64,000 bases of DNA from Reclinomonas americana ATCC 50394 (Eukaryota): the NCBI GenBank assembly GCA_048213135.1, contig PS015097.1, positions 72,679 to 136,678 of the forward strand, written 5' to 3'. The notes beneath the pieces were generated by a model, which saw only the letters and a program-made list of their open reading frames with translations, ran no database searches and was not told the origin of the DNA. Positions within the stretch are counted from its first letter, which is position 1. Every line of letters starts with the position of its first letter. Positions 52,125 through 63,309 of the stretch are shown piece by piece. The position numbers and the translations under genes were made by a program.

Positions 52125-55100
52125 ATGGCGCGCGTGACTTCTCATGTGATCGCCGTGGCGATCATCACCATTGTCGTCGTCCTCGTGGCGACGGCAACGC
52201 TCATCGCCGTGCCAGCGCACGCCGCGATGCAACTGCGTACGCGCTCCTTTGCGCCACGCGCCAACATGATGGGAGCGCTGGCCGATTCGGCCGCCGACTC
52301 GACAGCCACCATCGGTCTGCCGCCGTCGTGCGTGCGCAGCGGAACGTGCCGCGGAATTCTCTTTGAGGCCTCGCGACCGCGTTTGTTTGGTGCGCGCGCC
52401 ATGCACGCCCACGCACAGGACGTCTCCGACACCAGCACTTTCCAGGAGCAAGTCGACTTTTTCGAGAATGGCTTCGTGCCCGAGTGCCAGCATCACGCTG
52501 TGGAGTCGCTGCTGCATGTGGGACCGCATCTGTGTGGCGAGTGGTCGAACACCGAGCTCGCCGACCCCTTCACCGCCGCTTTCCGCCTGTCACTGCGCTT
52601 CTCGGTCGCCGACACGGTGGTCCCGCCCACTGAATTCCGTCTTCGTGTGGCTCCCGCCAGTGGTACCTGGCACGCTGTGCTTATCGACGGTGTCGTGCAA
52701 GTCGTGCGCTTTGTCGACTCGACAGACCCCAGTTGCGTTTTTTTCTTTGCTTGCCAAAGCCACCCCCGTCTCGTCTTGACGCTGATATCGCACAGTTCCG
52801 GTGGGCGCACTGAAGCCCGGCAACCACGTGGTGGAGGTGCTCGGTTTCGGTGCCATGTCACTGGAGTTCAGGATCGTCGAGGGCTACGACAACCCGTGGC
52901 TCGACGCGGGCCAGCTGGCCAGCTCGATCATCGGCACGCGTCCTCTCGCTCCCAAGTCTGTCTCCGCCCTGTCTGTCCCGCTCGGTCTCTCGTCGGCCTT
53001 CCACACGTTGGCCGGCTGCGCCTCGTCGGGTGACTGGTGAGTGATTTGTGTACTCTTGCAAGAGCACCACCACATGTACACCTAACCTTTTGTTCTGCAC
53101 GCAGCAACAATGGTGGTGACTGCATCAACGGCCAGTGCAACTGCTACCCGGGTATCGGTGGTCCGCAGTGCGCCGTTGCGTAGTGTTGTCTGTGTTGATG
53201 TGAGCGCGGCAACTGCGATTCTCACAAGTGTTATGCACAGTGCCGTCCAGTGGAGGTCCGCCCGCGTGCAGTTCGAGTCCCTGTCTCCGTCTTGTTTCAT
53301 CACATCGCCGTTTGTGTTTTTGCAGGTTTGCCGCGGTCGAGGTGTCTGTGGTCGAGTGGCTGGCGACTGCCAGTGCTTCATGCCGTTCTCTGGCTCTAAC
53401 TGCGAGTGCAATACGTGGACCGGAGAGGGCTGCGCACCGGCGGCAACCACCCCGACGACTCCCACTACTCCCACCACTCCTACTACCCCCACTACTCCTA
53501 CTACTCCCACTACTCCCACTACTCCGACGACTCCTACTACTCCAACGACTCCTACCACCCCGACCACTCCTACCACCCCGACAACGCCCGCCACTCCAGG
53601 AAAGTGCACATTCGATGGCACTTGCAACAGTGGTGCGTACCACAGAGTCAGGTCACGGCTGCCGACTTCTGCTTGCGTACTCACTTATGTCTCGCAGGTG
53701 GTGAATGTCAGGCGGACGGTAGCTGCAAGTGTTTCGGTGAGCTGCAACACACGTGCTCATTGTCTCTTCTGTGCATTGTGCTCACCGAATGTTGCGATGC
53801 AGCTGGTCTCGGCGGCCCTACTTGCCAGTGTCGTCCAGGTCAGATGGCGAGATGCATGTTCACGTGCTGAGTGCCAAGTTCTCACCCTTTGTGCTCTCTG
53901 CTTGCGTGATGCACTGCGCGCAACAGTCGAAGTGTGCAACGGGTCAGTTTGTCGCTCGAGCTTGCGTACACAAATGCACTCGTTCTCACTCCTTTTGTTC
54001 GATGGTTGTGCAGTCGTGGCACGTGCGATTCAGTGAGCGGCGCATGGCAAGTGTTTTGTTGGCTCTTCGTTCTTGATCGTTCTCATCGCCAACGCCTATC
54101 TGTGTCATTCCAGCGTCTGCTTCATGCCGTTCACCGGCTCTCGCTGCGAATGCAACTCGCGTTGCGTCATTTAACTGCACCTGCAGCAACGCACACTTGG
54201 TACATTTTTTGATCACAATCTTTGCAGAGAATGGTGTTGGTTGCACCAGCACCACTCCTACCACTCCCACTACGCCCACCACGCCCACCACTCCCACCAC
54301 GCCCACCACACCCACCACACCCACCACACCCACCACACCCACCACTCCGACGACCCCTTCCACACCGACAACTCCCACCACGCCCACCACTCCGACGACT
54401 CCCACCACTCCCACGTGCAACGCGGCGACCACTTGCAACGGTCACGGAACGTGCACGTCTACTGGTTCGTGGAAGCAGAGTCGATGGGGATCAACGGTGG
54501 CAATGCATCTCACCACGCTACTTCACAGGACTCTGCTCATGCTGGGCCAACTGGACTGGTCCGTCTTGCGCCGCCTGCAACACCAACTACTACGGATCGT
54601 CGTGCACGCAGTGCATTGCAGCCACCACATGCAATGGAGTTGCGAGACCAAAATCAACAGCGTGTCTGTGGATTTGAAAACTCACTGGCGATGCCGCCAT
54701 AGCACGGCACATGCGACACCAACACCGGTAGCTGCAAGTGCGATGCTGCGTGGGCCGGCAGCACCGACTGCTCCACGTGCGCCTCGGGATTCCACGGCTC
54801 GTCGTGCTCGCCGTGCCAGTGCGGAGCCAACGGTATCTGCCGCACTGACGGCTCTTGCGCTTGCCTCAACGGCTACACGGGAACGCTGGTGAGTTTTCCC
54901 CTCCAATTGTACTCGACTCACTAAAATCAGGTGTCCACTCATTACCTTGTGTAGTGCGGCACCCCGCCACCGCCAGCCAGTGTGGGAACATGCACATGCG
55001 TCCACGGCTCGTGTGTCAGTGGCCAAGTTGAGTCACTAACTTACTTTATGATCCTATGCTTGCCATGATACTTATCGCTGTTCGCTGTCACCGGCAGTGC

Positions 55101-57325
55101 TACTGCGATCTGGGCTGGTACGGAACCAATTGCGACAAGATGTGCGGCTCCACGTCGTGCACTGGTGGCTGCCCGTCGACCACTCGCGTGGTTCCCACAA
55201 CTGGCAGTGGAACTCGCACTCAGTGGACTCTTCAGCGCTGCGGTACCCCCATGGTCATTCGCGGCGCCGTCGGAACCGATCAACTGGACTTGTTCCGTCG
55301 GTACGTTGCCTCACAGTTGGACAGACTCGCTACCATTTTCTGTACTAACCCGCTGCACAACAGTGCTGGTGGCAACACTATCCGTCTGTACGGTATGTGT
55401 ACAAAGTGTGCTCTTGATTTCACACGCTCCGGTCTCACGCACGACAATACAGATCCTGATCAGCTGGTCAACAATCCCTCTCTGCTCGAGACGTGCCGCA
55501 AACTGGGACTGCAAGGTACACATGTTTGAATCGAGAGTCCTCGCCACTCTTCGTGAATCTCACGTCTTCCTCCTCGCGGGACGCCAGTGATTGTTGGTCT
55601 CAAGGTGCAAGCCGAGAACCAGCAGGAGCGCTGGCCTGGTGAGAATCACCACTGCCTGTGCTTTCCAGTCGACGAATGCGCTCATCATACATGCCGACAA
55701 CTACAGGCTTTGTGTATGGCACCGGCTCCAGCTACGAGCAGGCGCAGTTGGACTTTGCGTTGAACGTTGTGCGCACCTACAAGCTGCATCCGTCCATTCT
55801 CGCCTGGCAGGTCGGCAATGAGGCCGAGTTGAACACGTCGCCCAACGACTACTGGCGCGTCTTCTCCGCCATCAACAAGATGGCGGTTGCCGTGCGCGCT
55901 GAGGACCCGAACCACTTCACCTCGACCTCCATTGCGTCTCTGTTGCGTGCAGCACCGTCTCATGCTGCGCCATGTTGTCCAGCTGGCGCTGACTGTCGTC
56001 GTTCCACGCATACAAAGCAACCCGGCCAGCAAGGCTGCTCTTGTGCAGCAGTTCGCCCCGGCCATTGACGTTCTCGGCGTCAACGCATTCCAGTCGGCCC
56101 CGTACATTCCTGGCGATCTCGATCAGCAAGGTTACAGCAAGGTGCGATACACATTGTGTGCCGACGCAATAATTCAAGCACAAGATTGTTGTTGCTCACT
56201 TTGTTCTCCTCATGCAGGCCTGGATGATTACCGGTACAAATCTCTGTGCATACTGTCCTTCAGGGTCTACAGTGATACTTATTTGTGTGTCGCAGAGTTC
56301 GGAACACTTGGATGGTGGGGTGAGACGTGGACGACCTACTGGGGTCGCCCGACTGAGCCATCATCTCGCTACAAGGCCGAATGGTCTTATTCGACACAGA
56401 CAAAGGTGCGTACGTGGGGGAGCACACGAGGTTTCCTTCAGGTGTCACATGTGATGTACTCACACTGTTGTCGATCGACAGGCACGCGCCGATCCTCGCA
56501 ACAGTGCGTGCAAAATCAATCTCATTGCAGACATCCTCAGCATTCATGCTCACTTTTCTACTGCAGTTGGCACCCACATCTTTGCTTGGAGCACGTACAC
56601 TGGTAAGCACACACTGACTGTCTTTTCTTGCGCAATGCTCTCATTCTCACCACGCTTGCATTGCAGATGCAACTGTGACGTGGTACTCGTGAGTAAGCGT
56701 CTGCTAATCAGGCCGCCTTTCTGGAGTTATCATTACTGACGCTAGTTTACAGACTGTTTGCCGGCAGCGACATCGCGCCTGGCATGCCCAAGACGCAGAC
56801 TGTCGACGCCATGCGCGCCCTGTGGTTCACCGAGGCCGGAATCGACTGGAACATCGAGCCATGGTGCGTCGTCATCGTGCCAACTGCGCCGCACTCTGTC
56901 AGCGTTCTCACCAAGTTCCAACACAGGCGCACGAGCCCGATCATGGCCAACACTCCGGTGATTTCAGCCGCGGCCAACAACCGCGTCGGCGGTTGCGTTC
57001 ACCATTCGCTGCATTTGCTCAGTGCAAGTGAGTCTGCTTACGCAGCGTCGCGCACACAGTCTCGTCGCAGCAGCAAGCGCAGGTCATCGTGGATAGCTTT
57101 GATGCGGCTTGCGGACCTCTGTCGTATGTGTGGGAGATTCGTGCCGATGCATCCAACGGCACGGTCGTGGTCCCGCGCAACCAGTTCACCCAGGTTTCGT
57201 CCGACATGAACCAACAGACGGTGTCGTGGACCGCACCGCAGTGGGGTGGCCAGTGGCGACTCTACGTTTACGTGCTCGACAAGTGCAACGGTGTCGGCAC
57301 GGCCAACGTCATTTTCGTGACGTAA
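52125..57325 (+). CDS. Secreted modular glycoside hydrolase: signal peptide, EGF-like repeats, two Pro-Thr-Thr stalks, clan GH-A TIM barrel (GH158/GH2-TIM-like), Ig-like C-terminal domain
   Basis: Hydrophobic N-terminus and Cys-rich EGF repeats. Catalytic region VIRGAVG...AGGNTIRLY...YKLHPSILAWQVGNE...DPNHFTST...DVLGVN...WMITEFG...WGRPTEPSS. C-terminus YVWEI...TAP...WRLYVYVLD...TANVIF. Confidence 0.8.
53446..53597 (+). repeat. Coding 9-bp degenerate tandem repeat, (Pro-Thr-Thr)n linker 1
   Basis: CCN ACN ACN units with variation only at third codon positions. Confidence 0.9.
54251..54415 (+). repeat. Coding 9-bp degenerate tandem repeat, (Pro-Thr-Thr)n linker 2
   Basis: CCN ACN ACN units in frame with the flanking EGF exons. 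Confidence 0.9.
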
Positions 57326-57407
57326 GGCACACACAGTCGGCCAAAGAGAAAAGATGTGCGCGAGCCATGGCGCCGCGCGTTAGTGAACACAGATCAACAG
57401 ACATTGT

Positions 57408-59506
57408 TCAATTGTTCATCACACCGCAGTGCCATGACTTTTGTGCAAATGTCGACCCCGAAGACGCGTCGGCGCCTGTGTCACTGTCCACAGCGGCCTG
57501 GCCTCCATACCACTTGGCCAGCACTTGCAGTGTCGGCTGCCACATTACACATACAACACGGGTCAGCAGTCAACGACAATCGAGCCAAGCGGGCAACGCA
57601 AAAACCTTGTTTTGTGGCGTAAAGAGGTTGGTGAGGTCCGAAGCCGAGCCAGCCTCTGCGTTTACGTTATGAGAGACGAGACCACAGGAGGGCAAAATGA
57701 ATGGATTGCGATGATTCATGTACCCGGGTCGGTCCACCATGCCCACCTGCAACCCATGTCAGTGTTTCATCGCACCAGACAAAGGTGATATGCATTTCTC
57801 TCACCAATGCACGCCCTTGAACCACGAAGGGAACGGGACCGCCAGAGCCTGGAACAGGGCCTCGTAGTAGCGCACTTGCAGCGGGAAGTTGGTGGGTGCA
57901 CTCATGTCAAACTTGTTCGGCTGGATACCGAGAGGGGGAGTGAGCAACACTGCGCAGTGATGCAAGAAGCTGCAAGTCAACAAAACCTGCTTGTTTGCTC
58001 GATCCTGCGACGGCATGCCCACTGCAGAATACAAATCAGCACATTCTTGAACCTCTTGCACATCAGTGAATACATACCCTCGGTGAAGATGAGAGGCTTG
58101 TTGTACTTGTTGACCAGTGTCTTCATCAACTGTGTGCCACGTGGTCAATTCTCACGCGATCTGCTGCGAGTACAAATATCATGATGGCATTGGTAACTGG
58201 AATGTGTGGAGCCCAGCCGGCAATCATTTGCTCGAGTGTCGGGTCGTCGTATTCGGGAGCAATGGGAAAGTACGCATCGATACCTTTGCACATTCTGGTT
58301 AGCAGAGGGCAAGTAGAACGTAACGACGACGAGTGCTGCAGTACCAATCATGTCCAATCGATCCCACCAAGTAATGTTCAGTGGCGAGTAGTGCACGCCA
58401 AACAGGTTGTCGCCTGTGCCTCACAGGGTGAGTGTTGGAAGTAGAAGAGACGCACACTCCTCCACCAACTTGGATCGCACCCCAGAAGTTTGCTGCGTAC
58501 GTCAGCGTGCCGTGGAAACGCGAGCGCACATCCGCAATGATCGGCAGCCACTTGTCGGCATGCGCACGATCGGCAGCAATCAGTTCTGTGCCGAGCGCAA
58601 ACTGCGCAACACACGGAATCGGTGTAAGCAATCATCATGACGCTCCTGCCTTTTCACCATCCCGACCTGCTCGACATGCAGGCGCTGCGCCAGATCCGCA
58701 AAGTGCGCAATGAACTTGGCGTAGCTGGCAAACCACGCCGTCCACTGCGCCTCGGTAAAGTCCATGCCAATGTCACCACGCCACAGGCCTGCCGCCCACT
58801 CTGCCGGGTCCAGCAAGTCCACGTGCGGCTAGATCGCGCACGCAGTGAGCAAGTCGCCACGACGACAAAAAGGCAGCACATGCGTGTGCGTGCACCTTGA
58901 GCATGACCTTCAGGCCGTGCACCTCACGAGCCTGCCGAATGGCGTACTCCAGCTCCACATCAGTTGCAGTGCGCTTCCCCGTCGGGTCCGGCATGATTAC
59001 GGTCGAGTTGACACTTTGCTGGAACCACGTGACGATGATCGATCTGATGGTGAGACGAAGAAGAAGAAGAAGAGTGAGACTAGACAGGCGGTGTGAGAAC
59101 GGGCGTGACAGAGTGTGACGAAACACGTAGTTGGCGCCCTGTGTGAGAGGAGACAAGTGCAATGAGGGGAGCTATCGAGAGGCGACCACAAGCACAGAGG
59201 ATGGCGCAACAGTCTTGGCATATGCAGAGAAGCTCGCATCAGCTGCTGGCTCGTTGAATCGCACATACGGGCAGTACTGCGTGCGCGTGTGTGTGCAAGT
59301 GAGCCACATACCTCCCTCGCCTCGTCTCATGCACACACCTTGCCATCTGCGTACGACATGCTCTTCTGAAAATCACTTGGCAACAGCAGATGCGGTTGTT
59401 CCGACGAGACAAGCAGGCTGTCTGCGCTCTCGGCGACTGATGCATTCACCAGCAGCAACAGCAGACTGCAGCTGATGCAGATGAACAGCGTGTGAGGGCG
59501 TTGCAT
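57408..59506 (-). CDS. Secreted GH113-like glycoside hydrolase (putative beta-mannanase)
   Basis: Signal peptide MQRPHTLFICISCSLLLLLVNASVA, then GANYVSIIVTWFQ, GLKVMLK|PHVDL, LWRGDIG, WFASYAKFI, FALGTEL, TLTYAANFW, WWDRLDMIG|IDAYFP, QVRYYEALF, WFKGVHWW. Confidence 0.85.
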
Positions 59507-59682
59507 CGCGATCGTCTGTGAGTGTCGGTGATGACAAAGCGCACGGGACGATGGTGATCGAAGTTGTCTGCCGTCGTCTCTTTCTTTTGCTTAGCGGTGC
59601 TGCACATTTATTCACAGAGATTGCCATCATGTTTCTTTTTCTGTTTCCTTATCATGCGCCCCCTTTCCCCTCCACGCCGCCA

Positions 59683-62600
59683 TCAATCAATCTCAAACAT
59701 GACCGTGTTGGTGAGTCGAATGGTTGAGCCGGTGGCTGTGGTTGCGGGCGCTGCCGCCGCTGCGGGCGCTGCTGCTGCTGCTGCTGCTGCCACGTGCGCT
59801 GGTGGTCTGGCGGGCGTAGAGACGCGCGAACCGTGCTCGTCGGAGGCCATTGCATTCGGCGCAAAGTGCACATGTGAAGTGTGCGACGATGGCGAGGAAC
59901 CCGGCGCCGACGGGTGATGCATGGCGGACTGAGCTGGGACCGGCGGCAGTGGCACATGAGTGTGGGTGCCGCTGTGGCTCGCGTGTCCCTCCTCCTCCTC
60001 TTCGTCGTCGTCGTCGGGCGGTGCAGCCGACTCCACAAAGCCACCACGCACCCCCGGAGACAGACTCGCGCCCTCGGCCTCCAGCGGATACGGGTCGAAG
60101 CGGATGTGCGACTGCTCCGGTACTCGCGTCGGCGTGGAGATGCGCTTGCCGTGCTCGTCAGAGGCCACATCCTCCGGGAAGTGCACGTGGTGAGGCGACT
60201 GCTGATGCTGCGCGGCTGGCGGCGAGTGTGATCCGTGTGGAGAACGGCGCAGCATGGCTGCCGCCGACGGCGACGGCACATCCGTGATTGTCACAGAGGC
60301 GACCGCAGCCGCACGCGGGAAAGGCGACGATGACGACGACGACGACGACTCGCCACTGGTCGGTGCATCGAGGGGAGTCGCTTCTGGCTCGCCGTCGGCC
60401 AGCGACAGCGGCGTCATGGCCTCCTCATCGACAACGACCGTGCCGTCGGCAAACTTGACGCGGCGCGGAGAACGCGGTGATCCAGGTGATCGCACGCGCT
60501 TCTCGTGCACCAGCGCCGGCGGACTAGTCGGCGGCAAGGGCCCAGCAGCGGCCACCACGGCCGGCACTGCCGGCGACTCACTCTTCTGATGCTGCTTCTG
60601 TCTTATCTGCTCCTCCTGCTCCTGCTTCGCCCTCCGCTTCTGCTCCGCCTCCTCCTCGTCTTGCTCTGGTGGCTCCTGGAAAGGCACCGGAGTCGGTTTT
60701 GGCGGCGGAATCACCGGCAGCGTCACAGTGAGTACGCGCTTGGCCTTGACGAATTGCGCACGGGCACTGTCCTCGTCCACCGGATGCGGCAAGGCCACTT
60801 CCAGTTTGTAGATGCCCTGCGCGTCATGCAATGACACCGAGCGGTTCTCAATCTCCAAGTCCACGTTCTCCATTGATTCCTATGCGAGCGGCGATTGAGG
60901 GAAAGGGTCAACACACACACGTAGGAGGTCGAGCAAGCGTACCAGCTCCGGCAGTTCCACTCGCAACACCAGTTCCCGTGGGCACGACGGTGGCAACACG
61001 GCACCGGCCGGCAGGTGCACAAAGGAGCCCATATCAAACGAGCCTCGCTCTGTCAATGTGTGCTTGGGGGCGGCGGGGCCCTTGGGCGGTGCCGGGATGT
61101 CGGCCAGCACTTGCACGGCAGGTCGCTTGCCGGCGGGCACTCTGGGTTGTGCGTCCACAGTAAGACGCGCGGGTGTGGAAGAGGAGAGTGCGGGGAACAC
61201 AAGAGAGCGCAACTGATCGGACGAGCCCGGCAAGCGGAGAGTGGATTGCCGCTCGGCGCGCTCCCAGGGTTCCGAAAAGTCTGATGACGAGGACGATGCG
61301 CCGGAGGCGGGGGCAGCGACAGGGGGCTTGGCGGCTGTGAGTGGAGGAGGAGGAGGAGAAGGAGGAGTCGTGAGGGATGGGGAAGGAGAAATCGCAGAGA
61401 AGACTCACGCACCACGCGGAGCTGCCGATGCAGCCGGTGGCGGTGGTGCTGCGCTGGCGGCGGCACGCTTGGGCGCAGCAGAAGCCGCCGACGACGACGA
61501 CGATGATGATGAAGAAGTAGAGGAAGACGAAGACGGACCAGCCGAACCACTCGGCGGCGTATCCTTGCTACGAATGGCCTGTGCTGCGGGCTTGCCCTTG
61601 GATTTCATTTTGGGCAGGCTGAATTCTATAAGTGCGCACCGAGTCAGCAGCAGCAGAAACAGCGTGGACACGAGGCGGCACACGCAACGATTGGCAATCT
61701 TCTCGGTGCACTTGTCACGCAAATGCGCAATGGCAATCTCCACCAGCATGGTCTTGTACGCCTTGCTCACAGCCGCTTGTCGCGTCTGCTCACGCGAAAA
61801 TGAGGACGGGAGTATAGACAGGGACAGCAGGAGACGGCGACACCGCACGCACCGCATCGGGATGGAACACAATGTCGTAGACGGCACACTCGTTGTCCTG
61901 CTTATCGCGCTCCATGCGCAGGGCTCCCAGACTCAGCGGAATGCGCCAGTTGTTGCCACCTGACACACGCCAGTTAGCGGCAGGTGGAGAAAGCACAGAG
62001 CGAGAGAGAGAGCTCCGAAAGAAAAAAACCTGGAGCGGGAATGGCCTCGGGCTTGTCGACCTTGTCACTGGAGCACACATTGACAAAGACCTTGATCGGC
62101 TCGTCGGTGCGCTTTACCTTGAACACGAACTCCTGCGCTCGACAACAAGGGACGTGTGAGAAGAGGGAGGGAGGGAGGGAGGGAGAGAAGAGAGAGACTG
62201 AGAGAGAGACTGAGAGAGAGAGAGAGGAGAAGAGAGAGAGACTGAGAGAGAGAGAGAGTGAGATGAGAGAAGAGAGAGAGAATAGGAGAGACTGGGAGAG
62301 GGAGAAGAGAAGAGAGAGAGACTGAGAGAGACTGAGAGAGAGGGAGAAGAGAAGAGAGAGAGAGAGACTGAGAGAGAGAGGGAGAAGAGAAGAGAGAAAG
62401 ATGAGAGAAGAGAGAGAGAGAATAGGAGAGACAAGTCTGAAATGCACAAGTCAGAGACTGACCGGCGTCGGCAGAATGATTTGCGCAGTCGCCGACTTGC
62501 CCTGCTCAGCCTCCACTTGCCGAATGTACTGCTCATACTCCTGCACACACACACGAACACACACAATGAGCACACACACAGAGAGACAAGAGAGATGCGA

Positions 62601-62828
62601 TGGAGATCATCCACCTCGCGCGCCTCCGGACTCTGCAGCTCCTCCAGGTACTCCTGAAACATCTTGGCAAACTCCGGGTTCTTCATCGCCTCATTGAAAC
62701 GCTGACGCTCCTGCGCTCACACACAAACACACACACAGAGAGACAAAGAGAGAGTGAACATCTCACGCGCGCGCAACACACACTCTCTCTCTCTCTCAAG
62801 CACACACCTCAGGCGTCACATCGCCCAT
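59683..62828 (-). CDS. DNAAF2: Kintoun/PF13 dynein axonemal assembly factor 2 (PIH1 plus CS domains)
   Basis: AMKNPEFAKMFQEYLEEL...EYEQYIRQVEAEQG, KVFVNVCSSDKV, WRIPLSLG...VYDIVFHP, PRELVLRVELP, YKLEVALPHPVDEDSARAQFVKAKRVLTVTLPV. Confidence 0.92.
62155..62432. repeat. Intronic (GA)-rich low-complexity microsatellite in DNAAF2
   Basis: About 280 nt of degenerate GA repeats. Similar shorter CT/GA and CA/GT tracts occur at 49440-49640, 51000-51145 and in many introns. Confidence 0.9.
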
Positions 62829-62970
62829 GGCCTCACTCGTGGGCGGCCCAAACGGTGGCGGTTGCAGAGGATCACTCATTCTCTCACTGACACACTAACA
62901 CAAAGACAAACGCTCGTTGATTGCAGTTTCGTTCCTGCGAATCTGCTCACCTTTTTGCTGCTGTTTACTA

Positions 62971-63276
62971 ATGACGAGTTTCGACGAGGAGAGTGCAGTG
63001 CAACTCATCCGCGAGTTCCTCGGCGCTCAGCACTATGCAGAGACACTGACGCGCTTTGAGGAGGAGCGCAGTGCAAAGCAAGCTGCTGGAGGAGGAGGTG
63101 CTGCGCAACAGCAGCTGCAGCAGGAGCCTCCAAAGGAGCTGTGGACTGCGGATAGTGTGGTGGTGAGTGGGAGGAGAGAGAGAGAGACAGGAGAGAGGAG
63201 AGAGTGAGTGGTGAGACTGGTGACGCACACACTCTTGCACACACACACATAGCAACGGTGATCAACCACTGTGATC

Positions 63277-63309
<33 letters not shown>

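Noticed and set aside
53446-54415. Regular repeats resembling a CRISPR array or satellite
   Set aside because: They are 9-bp coding Pro-Thr-Thr repeats with synonymous variation; there are no spacers or cas genes.
61559-61566. GTATCCTT U12-type donor motif
   Set aside because: It lies on the strand antisense to a DNAAF2 coding exon, so it is not an intron boundary.
1533-61688. Reading the GTTGCG donors as non-canonical G|TTGCG (TT-start) introns
   Set aside because: With the AG acceptor this frameshifts. Shifting both ends by +1 would change conserved residues at unambiguous junctions (EGF Cys after 55027 and 53175, His after 54639, SCAMP Phe after 42323).
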